Positions 54,614-63,499 of a stretch of DNA of 64,000 nt are shown one piece after another. The stretch's first letter is position 1; each line of letters begins with the position of its first letter. Made by a program: the position numbers and the translations under genes. The notes beneath the pieces were generated by a model. It saw nothing but the letters and a program-made list of their open reading frames with translations. It was not told the origin of the DNA and did not search any database. Source of the DNA: Gemmatimonadaceae bacterium. Lineage in GTDB: Bacteria > Gemmatimonadota > Gemmatimonadetes > Gemmatimonadales > Gemmatimonadaceae. The DNA lies in assembly GCA_046589725.1 (NCBI GenBank), contig JBKJUW010000030.1, positions 92-64,091 of the forward strand, read 5' to 3'.

Positions 54614-56596
54614 ATGCCCATCCGCCCCCGCTTCCGCTCCGACATCGAAGGCCTGCGAGGAGTCATGATTCTCCTCGTGGTGCTCTTCCACGCAGGCGTG
54701 TCCTGGTCCGCGGGCGGGTTTGTCGGTGTCGACGTCTTCTTCGTCATCTCCGGCTTCTTCATCACCGGCATACTTCTCCGCGAGCAGGAGAACGACGGCC
54801 GCATCGACATCGCACGCTTTTACGGCCAGCGCGCACTCCGCCTCGCGCCGGCGTTTCTCGTGGTACTGCTCGCCACGCTGGCCGCCGTGATGTGGCTGTA
54901 CGCGCCCATCGACCGCGCCCCAATCATGGCGAGCGCGCGGTCGATCGCGTTCTACAGCGGCAACGCCGAATTCGCGCGCAACACGGTCGACTACTTCGCT
55001 GCCGGCGAGAATCCGCTGCTGCACACGTGGTCGCTCGCCGTCGAGGAGCAGTTCTATCTCGTCTGGCCGCTGCTGCTCATTGTCGTGCTCTGGCTCGTCC
55101 GCGCCCGCATGGGGGACGACTACATCGGTGGCGTTCGCGCCGAGCGTAAGTGGCTCATTAGCGGCATCGCGCTGGCGGGACTGCTCTCGCTTGGGGCGAC
55201 GATCGCCCTCACCGCGAAGTCGCAGCCTGTCGCATTCTTCAGCTTGTCCACGCGTATCTGGGAATTCGCCCTGGGCGCCCTCGTCGCCGTGCTGCTCGGC
55301 GATCACGAGACGCTCGGTGCAGCTGCGGGCACCGGACTTCAGTTCGCTGGCCTCGTCGCGATCGGATTCGGTGTCGTCACCTACAATCGCGCCACACCAT
55401 ATCCCGGCATCGCTGCGCTCGCGCCCACGCTCGGCGCGGTTGCTCTCCTGGTCGGGGGCGCGCGTGCTCCCGACGGCATCGTGAGTCGTGCGCTGTCCGC
55501 TCGATGGCTCCAGTGGCTCGGCCGGATGTCGTACGCATGGTACCTGTGGCACTGGCCGTTGGTCGGCGTCGGCGGCGCGCTCGATCCACGTCTCGGCGTA
55601 TCGGGCAAGCTCGCGTGGTCCGCGGCCGCACTCGTGCTCGCGTGGATGACGTATCACGCCATCGAACGCCCCTCGCGCGACGGACGCCTCCGCATTCCCA
55701 CGCACTGGCTCTCGCTCGCGTCGCTCGGCGCGAGTGCGGTCGTGGCGCTCATGGCGCACAGCGCGACGCGGCTGGCGGAGCGTGAGGTCGGAAAGCCAGA
55801 CCAGCGTGCTTTTGCAGCAGCGCGCAACGATCACATGTCGCACGACTGCTGGGCGACGACAGGTGACGAGCCGAAGGGCCCGTGCGAGTTCGGCGACGTC
55901 GGCGCCAGTACCACGATCGCACTGCTCGGCGACTCGCACGCTGAACATTGGCTCGGTGGGCTCGATCGTGCTGGCCGGGCGAATGGATGGAAGATTGTCG
56001 CCATGGTGAAGGGCGGCTGCCCCGTTGCCGACATGCCGACGTACACGCCTCCGCGCCTCAAGCGTCACTACACGGAATGCGCGCGATATCGGGAGGCGAT
56101 GGTGCAGCGGATCGTCGCCCAGCGTCCATCGGCGATCATCCTCTCGAGCTGGGACCATTACATCCAGGCTGACGGCGTGGATGCCGACTGGCAGGTGACG
56201 CCCGAGATGTGGCGCGCCGGCCTTCGTCGAACGTACCAGCGTCTTGCGGCGACCGGCATTCCAGTCCTCGTGATCCGCGGAACGCCGCGTACGTGGTTCG
56301 ATGTGCCGGCGTGTCTCTCGCGCCGGTCGGCTGATCTGCCGCTCGCGAGGGATTGCTCTTACGACAGGTCAGGCTCGCTCCAGCCGGTTGCGCTCCGCGC
56401 GCAGAACGACGCCGCGCGCGGTCTGCCGATCCGCTTTGTCGACATGAACGACGCCATCTGCCCGACAGCACGTTGCGGCGTCATGAGAAATGGTGTCGTC
56501 GTTTTCACCGATGACAATCACCTTACTGCAAGCTTCAGCAAGTCAGTGGCGCCCTTGCTGGGCCAGCGTGTCGCACGAGCGATTGCGTCGCGCTAG
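54614..56596 (+). CDS. acyltransferase-3 family membrane O-acyltransferase with C-terminal SGNH domain (OafA/YrhL-like)
   Basis: ATG at 54614. IEGLRGVMILLVVLFHAG is followed by about 10 TM helices. The C-terminal domain has LLGDSHAEHW and VVFTDDNHLT. Confidence 0.85.
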   Translation: MPIRPRFRSDIEGLRGVMILLVVLFHAGVSWSAGGFVGVDVFFVISGFFITGILLREQENDGRIDIARFYGQRALRLAPAFLVVLLATLAAVMWLYAPIDRAPIMASARSIAFYSGNAEFARNTVDYFAAGENPLLHTWSLAVEEQFYLVWPLLLIVVLWLVRARMGDDYIGGVRAERKWLISGIALAGLLSLGATIALTAKSQPVAFFSLSTRIWEFALGALVAVLLGDHETLGAAAGTGLQFAGLVAIGFGVVTYNRATPYPGIAALAPTLGAVALLVGGARAPDGIVSRALSARWLQWLGRMSYAWYLWHWPLVGVGGALDPRLGVSGKLAWSAAALVLAWMTYHAIERPSRDGRLRIPTHWLSLASLGASAVVALMAHSATRLAEREVGKPDQRAFAAARNDHMSHDCWATTGDEPKGPCEFGDVGASTTIALLGDSHAEHWLGGLDRAGRANGWKIVAMVKGGCPVADMPTYTPPRLKRHYTECARYREAMVQRIVAQRPSAIILSSWDHYIQADGVDADWQVTPEMWRAGLRRTYQRLAATGIPVLVIRGTPRTWFDVPACLSRRSADLPLARDCSYDRSGSLQPVALRAQNDAARGLPIRFVDMNDAICPTARCGVMRNGVVVFTDDNHLTASFSKSVAPLLGQRVARAIASR

Positions 56597-56624
56597 AACA
56601 CGCTCGACTCCGCGCCGACACGGA

Positions 56625-57194
56625 CTACGGAGCCATCATCGCCTGCATGCGCACCACGAGCGCCTTCTCGTCCGCAACGAGCGCGCGTGCCACGGCCGCC
56701 ACGTCTGAGTTCACGCCCGTAAGTTTCTCACCGCTGGTGATTCCACCTTTATGATGCTGGATCATGTAGGTGAGGAACAGCCTTTCGAAGCGCACGCCGC
56801 GCGCGTGCGCGAGTTCTTCGAGTTGATCCTCAGTGAGCATTCCGGCAATCTGCGCGTGCTCAGCCGCGCCAGCGCCCGTGACGCCGTGATCGTGGTCCGC
56901 ATGCGCGCTGCTGACGACAGGCACCGACTGCCCCTGCGCCTTGAGCCACGCCTGCAACGCCTCGATCTTCTCTCGCTGCGCGATCTCCAACTCGGCGGCG
57001 AACAACTGCAATCGGGGGCTGGCCCCATGTGCCGGCGCCATCGCCTCCATTGTGAGTGCCTGGGCATGGTGGGCAATGATTCCCTTCATGGCATCCACAT
57101 CCGCATGTGAAGCGGACGGTTGCGCCGAAACGCCGGCTGGAGCGACGGCCGCTACGATGGTCGAGAGGACGATATGGCGCATCCGCTGGTGCAT
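56625..57194 (-). CDS. DUF305-family (ferritin-like, copper-associated) secreted protein
   Basis: Start chosen at 57194. It has a signal peptide. MKGIIAHHAQAL and FLTYMIQHHKGGI are the paired HH motifs of DUF305. Confidence 0.7.
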   Translation of the reverse strand: MHQRMRHIVLSTIVAAVAPAGVSAQPSASHADVDAMKGIIAHHAQALTMEAMAPAHGASPRLQLFAAELEIAQREKIEALQAWLKAQGQSVPVVSSAHADHDHGVTGAGAAEHAQIAGMLTEDQLEELAHARGVRFERLFLTYMIQHHKGGITSGEKLTGVNSDVAAVARALVADEKALVVRMQAMMAP

Positions 57195-57324
57195 ATGATG
57201 AATTCCTGGTGGGCATGGGATCGAGCGAGCCTGGGCTGACAGCGACAGCGACACTCCAGAACTATGGTACTCGGAATCCGGTATGCCAGTACGAAGTACC
57301 ACGACACCTTGGGAAAGCATTCCG

Positions 57325-57789
57325 TCAGCGTCGTTCCGGATGTGGATCGAAGTATTCCGGCAGCGTGACCCCTTCGCCGCCCTTCAGGTGCGAGATGAGG
57401 TTGCCCATCGCGATACGCCAATGGTCGTCGATCAGCTCGCGTTGCCGCGGGACGTTCAGATCGGCAGAGACGTTGTGCGTCAGCGTCAGCTTCGTGCCCT
57501 CCGGCACGGGCTCGAGTTGCATGGTGACGTCGGTGTCGACGTCGTTTATCGGCCATTCGAAGGCGAGCAACGCATCAGGCTCGAAGCGCGCGATGGTCTG
57601 GCGGGCCGCGTCTTCGGGCGGGGTGCCGAGTGTGTGGCGTCCCCAGAAGCGGTACACGCCGCCCACGCGCGGCTCGATCTGCGCGCCCTGGGCGACCCAC
57701 TCCTTCATTGCGGCCGGATCCGTCAGGGCCCGGAAGACGTCCGATGGTGTCGCCGCGAGCGTCCATGAATGTGTGTGGCTGAAGCTCAT
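57325..57789 (-). CDS. SRPBCC-family (Aha1-domain) protein
   Basis: ATG at 57789. SFSHTHSWTLAATPSDVFRALTDPAAMKEWV....GGVYRFW has the typical Aha1/START-like layout. Confidence 0.7.
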   Translation of the reverse strand: MSFSHTHSWTLAATPSDVFRALTDPAAMKEWVAQGAQIEPRVGGVYRFWGRHTLGTPPEDAARQTIARFEPDALLAFEWPINDVDTDVTMQLEPVPEGTKLTLTHNVSADLNVPRQRELIDDHWRIAMGNLISHLKGGEGVTLPEYFDPHPERR

Positions 57790-57931
57790 TCGGTCCCCCC
57801 TCTGGGTTGGCATTCTCTCTCCTTCCGGCGACTGATGTAGTCATGGTGCTTGCGTATCGCCAACCACACTCTACCAAGTGGCATCTCGCGCGTCGCGCAT
57901 GCATTATCTGCCCATCCCAACCACCGGCTCG

Positions 57932-59407
57932 ATGACGACACCGCGCATAGCACTCCACGGCCTGCTCGCCGCCCTTACGGCCTGCTCCACGATTTCGCAG
58001 GTCACGCCCATCGTTTCAGCGTCCGGCCGGCCAATCGTCGCCATCGACGCCGGCACGCTGGCTGGCATCATCGATCCGCCGAGCGGCGTGTTCGTGTTCC
58101 GCGGCATTCCGTACGCGGCGCCGCCGGTCGGCGACCTACGCTGGCGCGCACCAGCGCCGGCGGCGAGCTGGTCGGGCGTACGCTCCGCAGAGCGCCTCGG
58201 CAAGAACTGCATCCAGGATCAGGTCTACAGCGACATCGATCCCTTCGCCGCGGGCATCTCGGAAGACTGCCTCTACCTCAACGTCTGGACCCAGACCACC
58301 AACGCGACGGCGAACCGTCCGGTGATGGTGTGGATCCACGGCGGCGGATACACCGCGGGGTTCGGTGGCGAAGAACGCCACGACGGATCGCGCCTCGCGC
58401 AGAAGGGCGCCGTCGTGGTCACGCTCAACTACCGCATGGGACCCTTCGGCTTCCTCGCACATCCCGCGCTGGCGGCGGAGTCGCCATTGGGTGCATCGGG
58501 CAACTATGCGATCATGGACCAGGTTGCGGCGCTGAAATGGGTGCAGAGCAACATCGCGCGCTTCGGCGGAGATCCGGCGAAGGTGACGATCTTCGGCGAG
58601 TCCGCCGGCGGCAGCAGCGTCGGCGCATTGATTGGCTCGCCGCTGGCTCAGGGACTCTTTCGCGCCGGCATCATGCAGAGCGGGAACGCGATCGGCGGCG
58701 CTCGCTCACGCGACGACGTCTTCGCCGATGGGGCGCGGTTCGGATGGACACTGGGCGTCGAGGAGAAGGGCAGCGACGCAGCCGCGAAGCTGCGTGCCAT
58801 TCCCGCCGACTCTCTCCAGCGCGCCACCCGCAAGCCCGACGGCAAGGGCGGCTTCACGAGCCTGTTCGCGACGCGCCTGGTGCGCGATGGCCTGGTGCTT
58901 CCCACCACCGTCGATTCCGCGCTTCTCCGCGGGTCGGCGAACGTGGTTCCGATCATCATCGGCGCGACCGGCGGGGAAGGCGACAACGCGTATGCCACGG
59001 CGCGCTCATTCGCGCGGTTGACGACGGCGCAACATCATCGGGCATTTCTCTATCTCTTCACGCGCGTCGGCGATGACAGCGTGAATTGGAAACGCGGCGC
59101 GTACCACAGCGCAGACATCACGTTCACGTTCGGTATTCCGCACCCGCTGCTACCATCCGCCGGACGCGCGGCGTACGACTCCACGCTGGCGGAGGCGATG
59201 ACCGACTACTGGGTGTCGTTTGCAACATCGCTGGATCCGAATGGGCCGCCGAATTCCGGCAAGCGTCCGCGCTGGCCGGTCTACGATGAGCGTTCCGATG
59301 CGTATCTGGAGCTCGGGCCCGATGTAGCGCCGCGCAGTGGATACCGCCGGGTGAGTGCCGATTCGCTCGACCTCATCGGTCGTCGCCGCGGTGATGTTCG
59401 GCCATAG
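57932..59407 (+). CDS. type-B carboxylesterase, lipoprotein
   Basis: The ATG at 57932 gives LLAALTACS. Also VMVWIHGGGY, the nucleophile FGESAGG, and family length. The start is one of three in-frame Met codons. Confidence 0.85.
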   Translation: MTTPRIALHGLLAALTACSTISQVTPIVSASGRPIVAIDAGTLAGIIDPPSGVFVFRGIPYAAPPVGDLRWRAPAPAASWSGVRSAERLGKNCIQDQVYSDIDPFAAGISEDCLYLNVWTQTTNATANRPVMVWIHGGGYTAGFGGEERHDGSRLAQKGAVVVTLNYRMGPFGFLAHPALAAESPLGASGNYAIMDQVAALKWVQSNIARFGGDPAKVTIFGESAGGSSVGALIGSPLAQGLFRAGIMQSGNAIGGARSRDDVFADGARFGWTLGVEEKGSDAAAKLRAIPADSLQRATRKPDGKGGFTSLFATRLVRDGLVLPTTVDSALLRGSANVVPIIIGATGGEGDNAYATARSFARLTTAQHHRAFLYLFTRVGDDSVNWKRGAYHSADITFTFGIPHPLLPSAGRAAYDSTLAEAMTDYWVSFATSLDPNGPPNSGKRPRWPVYDERSDAYLELGPDVAPRSGYRRVSADSLDLIGRRRGDVRP

Positions 59408-59448
59408 TGGGCGTGCGCTGCTGCTGGCGTCACAGGGCTGAGCTCCGA

Positions 59449-59553
59449 CCACGGAGGACACAGAGGACGCAGAGAACAACGAACAATGCGATGGCCCCAT
59501 TGATAACTCGCGCGTTGCAAGCTCTTCCTTCGTGTTCTCCGTGTCCTCCGTGG
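59449..59553. repeat. imperfect hairpin built from GAGGACAC-type units between convergent genes
   Basis: CCACGGAGGACACAGAGGACGCAGAGAACAACGAA (59449-59483) pairs with TTCGTGTTCTCCGTGTCCTCCGTGG (59529-59553). The left arm carries one extra 9-10-nt unit. Confidence 0.7.
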
Positions 59554-59581
59554 TAGGTGCTGTTGCTCTTTCTCGTTGTGC

Positions 59582-60265
59582 TTATTGTCGTTCATCATTC
59601 ACACCACGCGAGAATCGATCAGACGCGTGCTCCTCGGCGACCTCCTGCCAGAACGCGGGCAGTCCGGGAACAACGCGCAGTGACTCGGCAAGACGGGAAT
59701 CCTTGAGCGCGCGCACCATGTCGCGTATCGTGATGCCGTGCCCCGGTCGCAAGACGACCTCGATTTCGTCGCCCGTGCCGACATCTCCTTCCTCGATCAC
59801 GCGCAGGTATGCACCCGTGCGGTGCGCGGCGAGAAAGCGCTTCAGGAACGTGTCGTCGCCGACGCGAATGCCGAGCTTGTAGCAGGGCAGGCGCGGTTGT
59901 GCGACCTCGAGCACCGTCGATCCCACTGCCCACCGCTCCCCGACGATGGACGACGACAGGTCAATGCCTTCGGTCGTGAGGTTTTCGCCGAACATCGCGG
60001 GCTCCACGTCCATGCCCGCGTCATGCCAGTAGTCGTAGTCCTCGCGAGCGTAAGCGTAGACGGCCTTGTCGGGCCCACCGTGAACGGTGCGGTCGGCTTG
60101 GTCGTCGCCGGCGAAGTTCACGCCACGTAACGCAACGCGTCCGTCGACAGGGAGTTTCCAGATTCCGGTTGTGACGTCACGTCCTCGCCACTCGACGTGG
60201 CGTATTGCGCCGACATTCACCGCAACGACGCGCGGCGCGACGCGTTTCGCCTTCAGGGCGCCCAT
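59582..60265 (-). CDS. MOSC-domain protein (YiiM-like)
   Basis: VEWRGRDVTTGIWKLPV.GRV......GDDQADRTVHGGPDKAVYAY and the Cys context QPRLPCYKL. Confidence 0.8.
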   Translation of the reverse strand: MGALKAKRVAPRVVAVNVGAIRHVEWRGRDVTTGIWKLPVDGRVALRGVNFAGDDQADRTVHGGPDKAVYAYAREDYDYWHDAGMDVEPAMFGENLTTEGIDLSSSIVGERWAVGSTVLEVAQPRLPCYKLGIRVGDDTFLKRFLAAHRTGAYLRVIEEGDVGTGDEIEVVLRPGHGITIRDMVRALKDSRLAESLRVVPGLPAFWQEVAEEHASDRFSRGVNDERQ

Positions 60266-60313
60266 GTCAATTCAGCGAGGGAGTCAGCGTCAGCCGCCGC
60301 ATCGCTCCAGTCC

Positions 60314-61063
60314 TCAACTCCGCAACGTTGACACGATCCGCCGCATCTCGTCCGCACGCGTGCCAGTGCGCTCATAGTCGCCGGGCGGCGTGGGACGGAC
60401 GAGCGTGACATCGGACGGTTGAAAGGTCATCTCGCTCTTCACCGTCGCCGCCGCACGCACGTGCACCTCCTTCACCCCGGTCAACCGCACCACATCGGCG
60501 ACGTTCGACGCGTTGATTCCGCCGCCGGCGAGGATCGTGATGTCGTTCCCGCCCTGGTCGACCAGTTCCGCGAGCATTTCCGCACCGTCGAGTGCCGTCG
60601 GTGCTCCGCCCGAGGTGAGCACGCGATCGATGCCGAGCTCGATGAGTGCCTCGAGCGCGACCCGCTGCTCGCGCACGAAATCGAATGCACGGTGGAAGGT
60701 GACATTCATGTCGCCCGCCGCGGCGATGAGCGTGTACATCGTGCCGATATCGATGTCTCCGTCGCGTGTGAGGGCACCGATCACGATGCCCTCGACGTTC
60801 AGCGAGCGAATGAGCTCGATGTCGCGCAGCATCACATCGAGTTCGTCGTCGTCGTAAAGGAAGTCGCCGCCGCGCGGTCGGATGAGCGCAAAGACCGGAA
60901 TGCTGATCCGTTCACACACCGCGCCGATGAGCCCCGCGCTCGGCGTCACACCGCCCTGCAGCAATTCACCGCACAGCTCGACACGATCCGCCCCACCCAG
61001 CTCGGCCTCGACCGCGGAGTCGATGGAATCAACGCAACCCTCAATGAGGGTGGGCTGGGGCAT
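60314..61063 (-). CDS. cutC: copper homeostasis protein CutC family
   Basis: IEGCVDSIDSAVEAELGGADRVELCGELLQGGVTPSAG, about 250 aa with a TIM-barrel pattern and ILAGGGINASN. Confidence 0.85.
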   Translation of the reverse strand: MPQPTLIEGCVDSIDSAVEAELGGADRVELCGELLQGGVTPSAGLIGAVCERISIPVFALIRPRGGDFLYDDDELDVMLRDIELIRSLNVEGIVIGALTRDGDIDIGTMYTLIAAAGDMNVTFHRAFDFVREQRVALEALIELGIDRVLTSGGAPTALDGAEMLAELVDQGGNDITILAGGGINASNVADVVRLTGVKEVHVRAAATVKSEMTFQPSDVTLVRPTPPGDYERTGTRADEMRRIVSTLRS

Positions 61064-61098
61064 CCTGGGGACAGCGGCTGAGTGTGACCGTTGTCAGG

Positions 61099-61764
61099 TC
61101 AGAGCCCGTTCGCCCTGCGCGACCGGGCGAGTGACGCATCATACTCCTCGTAGGTGACGCCAAGTTTCTTCGTTGCCTCGGGCGGGCATCCGTTCCAGCC
61201 GGGATTGAAGACGTTGCCCATGTACTGGAGGTCCTTCCAACCCATCTGCGATGAGAAGAATGCCGAGCCGACGTTGTTGCGGAAGCGGTCGAACCACTGG
61301 GCGCCACGGCGCATGGCCGGTGTCGCCTTCTTCGGATAGGCAATCTCGTCGAGCACCATGTGACGCTCGGTATCGCGCGACGAGAGGAAGTCCTTGCCGA
61401 ATCGGCCGCGCATCTCGTTGTCGAGCCAGGCGAGTCCACCGCGCATGGAGACCTTCGACTGCTCCGACGTCTCCTTGTCCATCAGCATGAAGTCGATGAA
61501 CTCGGGCGCCTTGGCGTCCGTCGCGCTGCCGGAGCGTTCGTCGCGGGGGATGATGATGTCGGCGAGCATGCGCACCGTCTTCCATTCATGTGCGTTGAAG
61601 AACTTCGGCGCGTAGGCGGCTGCGTCTCCAACGGCAGCGTCTTCATGCAGGGCTGCGACGAGCTTTGCCGTCCGCTGCACCGCCGGCGCCTTCCATTCCA
61701 GCATCCCTGCGAGTGGGGCGACGCCGAGTAGCCGGAGTGCATCGCGGCGATTGAGGTCAGTCAT
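61099..61764 (-). CDS. gluconate 2-dehydrogenase subunit-3-family protein (Tat-exported partner of GMC oxidoreductases)
   Basis: Tat motif MTDLNRRDALRLLGVAPLAG. Family-like segments are FFNAHEWKTVRMLADIIIP.DE and FFSSQMGWKDL. Confidence 0.75.
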   Translation of the reverse strand: MTDLNRRDALRLLGVAPLAGMLEWKAPAVQRTAKLVAALHEDAAVGDAAAYAPKFFNAHEWKTVRMLADIIIPRDERSGSATDAKAPEFIDFMLMDKETSEQSKVSMRGGLAWLDNEMRGRFGKDFLSSRDTERHMVLDEIAYPKKATPAMRRGAQWFDRFRNNVGSAFFSSQMGWKDLQYMGNVFNPGWNGCPPEATKKLGVTYEEYDASLARSRRANGL

Positions 61765-61852
61765 CGTGGCCTTGGGTGATGCGTGGTCCGTTGGGTGGTT
61801 GCCGAGGAGTAACAGTTCCGAGATTGCGAACCCACTGCCAATCTCCTCACAG

Positions 61853-63229
61853 TCACGTATCTGTCAACCTCTTACGTAGGTCCTTCGCCGGCGTGAAGAC
61901 GAAGGCACGCCCTGATTTCCGCTGCGCAAGTAGCAATTCATCCACGAGGCGCATCAAGTCCGTTCGCGCGGTCTCGTAGCTCACATCGTGCGAGCGGCGG
62001 TGCGAGTCCACGGTGTATCTCGCCTCCGGTCGTTTCAGAGCGTTGTTGATCAGTGCCAGTTGGCGGGGATTCAGTTCGCCATGAATGGCGGATGCGTGTC
62101 GAATCAGCTCCTCCGCGTCACGAATTTCTGCTGACTTGCGAGCCAGGTATTGATGGAGATCACTGATGGCACGAAGCAGCACTCGCAGTTGGTAGAGGAC
62201 AAAATAGGTGGCGTCGTTTTCGTCAGTCTCCGTGTAGAGATACGCTCGCGCATATTGCCCACGCGCCTGCTTTAGAATACGCGAGATGGACACGTATTCA
62301 CATAGCCAGTATCCCTGGCTTGCCATGCACCAATAGAACAGAGCGCGTGCGGTGCGGCCGTTTCCATCAACAAATGGATGGTCGCATGCCAGCCAAAGGT
62401 GCAGAAGAATGGCTCGCACAGCCGGAGGAATGAACTCTCCTGCTCTTCCGCCGTTGGCGAATAGACACATCGCTTCCATCCGCTGCTCGAGTTGATCAGC
62501 GGGCGGCGGTGTGTACAGTCGCGTTCCGGTCTCGTCCTCGATGACGATATCCTCGTCTGCGCGACGGTATCGGCCGGCGGCGTCTGGCTCGTCGAGAGTA
62601 TCCGCCGTCAGCACGCGTTGCAGCTCACAGACGAACGCTGGCGTCAGCGGGCGATCAGTTGCTCGAAGGACGAGCCGCATCCCTTCATAGTTGTTGAGGA
62701 TCATCTGCTCACTGCGTGTGCGCGGTAATCGACCCTCCTGAATCATCGCCTTGGCGACCTTGCGTGTTGTCGATGCTCCTTCCAACTGGCTCGACGTGAT
62801 TGCCTCTTCCACGATCGACTTGAACAGATATGTGTCACGCGTAGCTGGATTGGTTACCTGGTCGCTGGCCTGGATATTTCCTGCTGCATTGCGATCGACC
62901 TGGTGTAGCATCTCGAGAGCAACGTTCGGCAGCGCATACTGAAATGGCCGACCTGCGCCATCGCGCAACGGCAGGGTCTGGTAGAGCGCGTTTCTCGCGA
63001 GCTTGACAGCGATCCACTGTTCCTCGGCCGAGAAGTCATGGAGAGGCGGCTGATGCCGAAGCGTGTCCCAATGACGATATTTGCCGCCGGGCGCCGGGCC
63101 GAGGCGCGCCTTCGCAAGCGTTTGGAAGCGTGCGCTGCCGTTGGGCTTGGCGAACAGCTTGGCGAGGGCTTCGTGCAGTGGAGGTGGCGGCACTGGGAGT
63201 TTCATGTTTCGTCTCGAAGGTACCAACAT
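61853..63229 (-). CDS. Fic-family protein (class II-like, with internal inhibitory motif and C-terminal wHTH-like region)
   Basis: Fic motif HPFVDGNGRTARAL. Upstream, SSQLEGA fits the (S/T)xxxE(G/N) inhibitory helix. Sampled 60-nt lines are about 50-52 percent GC against about 65 percent for neighbours. Confidence 0.85.
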   Translation of the reverse strand: MLVPSRRNMKLPVPPPPLHEALAKLFAKPNGSARFQTLAKARLGPAPGGKYRHWDTLRHQPPLHDFSAEEQWIAVKLARNALYQTLPLRDGAGRPFQYALPNVALEMLHQVDRNAAGNIQASDQVTNPATRDTYLFKSIVEEAITSSQLEGASTTRKVAKAMIQEGRLPRTRSEQMILNNYEGMRLVLRATDRPLTPAFVCELQRVLTADTLDEPDAAGRYRRADEDIVIEDETGTRLYTPPPADQLEQRMEAMCLFANGGRAGEFIPPAVRAILLHLWLACDHPFVDGNGRTARALFYWCMASQGYWLCEYVSISRILKQARGQYARAYLYTETDENDATYFVLYQLRVLLRAISDLHQYLARKSAEIRDAEELIRHASAIHGELNPRQLALINNALKRPEARYTVDSHRRSHDVSYETARTDLMRLVDELLLAQRKSGRAFVFTPAKDLRKRLTDT

Positions 63230-63247
63230 ACTACCAATACGTACGAA

Positions 63248-63310
63248 ATTAGTAGTTCGTCCCCTCTGCTACAAGGGACGTGCCAATTCTGTACTGATTA
63301 GTAGTTCGTC
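63248..63310. promoter_or_regulatory. direct repeat ATTAGTAGTTCGTC x2 upstream of the Fic gene
   Basis: Exact 14-mers at 63248-63261 and 63297-63310, each preceded by GTAC, lie 19-81 nt upstream of the Fic start in a low-GC stretch. Confidence 0.4.
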
Positions 63311-63499
63311 GGTAGAGCACTTCCTCCCTCGATATCGCATGCGCAACACTCTGGCGTCCGCGCGGGAATCATGATCACCGAGGTGGAGCTTCGCGCCTCA
63401 GGGGCACTCGCCGCAGCGCCGGCGCCTGGAGCTTCGAGTAGACAGGCGCCGGCATCGCCCGACCAGCACTCGTTACTGGACTAGGCGCGTTCGGCATGA

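Noticed and set aside
53073-56158. Minus-strand ORFs 53073..54092 (339 aa) and 54608..56158 (516 aa)
   Set aside because: They are antisense shadows of the M28 peptidase and acyltransferase-3 genes.
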